DNA of 64,000 nucleotides from Bispira polyomma (Eukaryota): NCBI GenBank assembly GCA_965649765.1, contig OZ287759.1, positions 43,710,001 to 43,774,000 of the forward strand, read 5' to 3'. Shown piece by piece: positions 61,020 to 64,000 of this stretch (position 1 is its first letter; each line of letters starts with the position of its first letter). The notes under the pieces were generated by a model. It saw only the letters and a program-made list of their open reading frames with translations, ran no database searches and was not told where the DNA came from. The position numbers and the translations under genes were made by a program.

Positions 61020-64000
61020 TGGTGGTTCCACTATCAGGATTTGGTCCCCGACCTTCCCGACTTTGAGGTCTGGGGCGTGTACGGGAATGTCGGGGAGCAA
61101 AATCGGGGTGGTCTGCAAGGTCGGGAAGAATGTCAAACATGTTTCATATTTTGTAAAAGTGTCCTGACTTGTGATCCGGACCTCCAAGTCTGGACCATGA
61201 ATACGTTTGGTCCTATTGCCAATTATTCTGTCAGATAGGTCGGGGCACACTCCTGGCCTGTCCGATTGCTGGCCCGGCCTGTCCTATTGGGATCCACCCC
61301 TTTTTGAATAGGACAAGCCGGACCGGCAAGCCGATCGAACTTATTTGACTCCCGATCTGACGTATTGCTCCCTGATCATACTTTTTGTCACCCTGATCGA
61401 ACTTAACACAGCAGGACAAAACGTATTGGCTATTAGAACAGCAGTAGGACAGAACTTATTAGCAGTAAGATCTGACATATTCAGTACCGACTAATAGGAT
61501 CAAACTTATGCAGGTCGGGGTGTTTGGGTATAAAAACAACCCTTAAGTACTGGACTCGCTGTATTTGGAGATTGCTGGCTGGTTACAGGAGTTGTGGTTT
61601 TTTTGTAGAGAGGGTTTTTTATTGTTTGTAATTACTTATATGTCTAAGATTAGAGAACGTTTTACAGCTTAGGTTTTTTTATTATTATACACAACATTCA
61701 TATCAAGATGCCAAGATTGTGGAGATTGAAGATGAAGATGAACTTGAGAGAAAGAGGAGAGATGACAGAGGGAGTCTAGCAGTTAGTGAGAGGGCAGAGA
61801 GTGAGAGAGAGCATTCTTTACAAGGAGTAAAGGATTCCTCAAAGGGAATGCCTAAATCTTCACAGTACAGGGGACGTGTGAAGAAGGCCGGGAAAATAGT
61901 CCACATTATTCTCACAGAGGAAGACGAAGAAGCAGTGGTGGATTTTGTCAGAGACAACAAAGTTCTTTTTAACAAGGCCCACGAACAGTTTAAGGACAGG
62001 TCCCTCAAGGAAAAGTTGTGGTCCGATTTTGCAGCTACTCGTTGTTTGAAAACCAGTGAGGTAAAGACTTGGTTTGAGGAAGGAAGGCCATGATGTGTTC
62101 AGATGCTTCAGCATCGGAGGAGAGGGTGACAGTGTCACAGATACCAGCATGAGGAGCCTCCAGAGAAGTTCCCCGTCTTGACTCAGCACAGACGCCAACC
62201 AGATGTTTAGAGAACACCTCACCCAGATCAGGACACTCATGAGTAGCTTGGTTGGAGAGCACAGAAGTCTCTAGAAGCCACAGACCAACCGTACCGCCTT
62301 TTTCGCCTACCTAGCAGCTGAGGCAGAGAAGTTGGAAGAGGTTGATTTCCAGAAGTTCAGAGACAGATCCAGATCCAGCAAGGCAGAAGTCAACCCGTCA
62401 AAAGTGCCTTTGCCAGACCAGCTCCGACATCTACCCTGTCTCGAGCACCTGGATCGAGCTACATCCCCCAGCAATTTGCGCAACAGTCTCAGCATCCTTC
62501 TTAGCTTGTGGTGATGAATAGCGCTACAGAGTCTGTAGTGGGCTGTTGGGCAGAAACCTGTGTCAACGTTTCCGTTCCTGCAGTCGCAGCTTCCAGAGTC
62601 TGCCGGGTCGTCAGAGCAGAAGCCTGTGTCAACGTTTCACCCACAGAACTTTCCGTCCCCACCACAGCAGTATGTTGTGGTTAAAACAGCTACAGAGTCT
62701 TTGGCTGCTGGGTCAGCTGAAGCCCGTTTCAACGTTTAACCCACATAACTTTCCGTCCCAGCAGTCTCAGCATCCACTTCAGCAGTATGTTGTGGTGGGT
62801 ACAGCTACAGAATCTTTGGCTGCTGGGTCATCTCAACAGAAGCCTGCTACTACGTACCTCACACAGAGCTTTACGACACAGCTGTCTCACAGTGTAAAGT
62901 CACCAACTTATTTCACCATGGAAGAACATTCAGGGGTTGCTACTAAATTGATAATGCCGAGCATTTCTTCTAGTAAGCGGTACTCAAACCCACCTTCTTA
63001 TGCGTCCTTGTTTGAAGAGTCAGCACACAATACGTCTAGTATGTCAAGTTTCTTCAGAAAGTGCAACATTGACCTACCCCAGGACTTTGGATTTGAGACA
63101 GTTAGCTCCAATGCCCCAGAAATAGTGGTAACACCTTTACCAGTGGATAATCAACAGTCGCAAGTGGTCCTCATCAACAACATACAGCAGCTGATTGTCT
63201 CACAGCCCCCCACACCTCAGCCAGAGTCCGAACCTGTTTAACAGCAACAGCTATAGCCCAACCTCCAGCCCGCTTCACCAGTACCATTTACCTCTGCCAC
63301 TCCACGACCAACACCACCACATTAGCCAGTCAGCAGTCTCCAATGGGTGGTGTGTATTGACCCACCCCAGCGTCACCCCCAGCCCTTTTTAGGGCCACCC
63401 GATTTTTCCAAGAAGAATATTTTGAGCTATTTGTAGACAAAAGATAAACCGCAAACATACAGATTACACTGTCCCTTCAAAAAATAAACACATACAGACA
63501 AAGATATAATTATCATTGTCCCAAAAAACAGAATAAAAAAAAAATAAAAAGTCCCAAATATTTCTCCAAACAAGTAGATTATACTGTCACCTCAAAATAA
63601 ATACACACATACAGACAGAAATATAATTATCATTGTCCAAACAAAAAGCCCCAATCATTAGCCCAAACAAACAGATTATTTCAACCACGCAAAACAAATA
63701 ACACTCATACAGACAAAACTTACTGTATGCGGGTGCATTCCCTTCCTCTAGCTCCGGTATTAAGTTTGTGTAGTAGCCTTGGGCCTCTCTGCCTGATCGA
63801 AGGCTTGACCCAGTAGATGGGTGACATACCTGTAAGTCTAATATCCGGGGAAGCCCAAGGAGCACGTGGTGGTGTTGGGTTCAATTCTTCCTGAGCCTGA
63901 GCCTTGGCTTTCTCATGTTGTAATATACGCATAAGGAAACATAATTCAATCTCAAAAAAAACAAAACTAATCACTTCTTCCTGGCATTGTACTCAATTAC
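61020..64000. mobile_element. third PIF/Harbinger transposon (runs off the window): MADF-like gene on +, transposase 5' remnant on -
   Basis: Terminus TGGTGGTTCCACTATC with CCCGAC subterminal repeats; TATAAAA at 61529; EEAVVDFVRDNKVLFNK...KEKLW...VKTWF; GYYTNLIPELEEG (63587..63865) matches GHYCALLPCLELQD of the 48264..48743 transposase. Confidence 0.85.
63381..63416 (+). promoter_or_regulatory. histone-type stem-loop plus HDE-like CAAGAAGA after MADF-like gene
   Basis: AGCCCT-TTTT-AGGGCC-ACCCG, then CAAGAAGA at 63409-63416. Confidence 0.8.

Overview
AT-rich eukaryotic (invertebrate-animal-like) genomic DNA; no prokaryotic features. Left part (250-15240, minus strand): one 11-exon gene that I could splice into a continuous ~816-codon frame. 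It encodes a signal peptide, a jacalin-like lectin domain, a long acidic helical region with one hydrophobic segment, and a beta-rich C-terminus, so it is a candidate secreted lectin-toxin. The rest is a nest of decayed transposons: L2/CR1-type LINEs (one near full length with a 2A-like GDVQINPGP motif), four tyrosine-recombinase retrotransposons (DIRS superfamily), three PIF/Harbinger DNA transposons, tRNA-derived SINEs, MITEs, and two inverted copies of a ~3.3 kb minisatellite-bearing element. Two signals stand out. (1) Four Harbinger gene 3' ends in three diverged elements carry a replication-dependent-histone-type stem-loop (GGCYCT-NNNN-AGRGCC-ACC) plus a shared downstream element. This suggests the transposons use SLBP/U7 histone 3'-end processing. 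(2) The DIRS-like elements place a phase-1 splice acceptor just after the RT/RNaseH stop, and a phase-1 donor inside gag. This suggests the recombinase is made as a spliced Gag-YR fusion. All calls are by eye; no database search was run, so family assignments and novelty are unverified.
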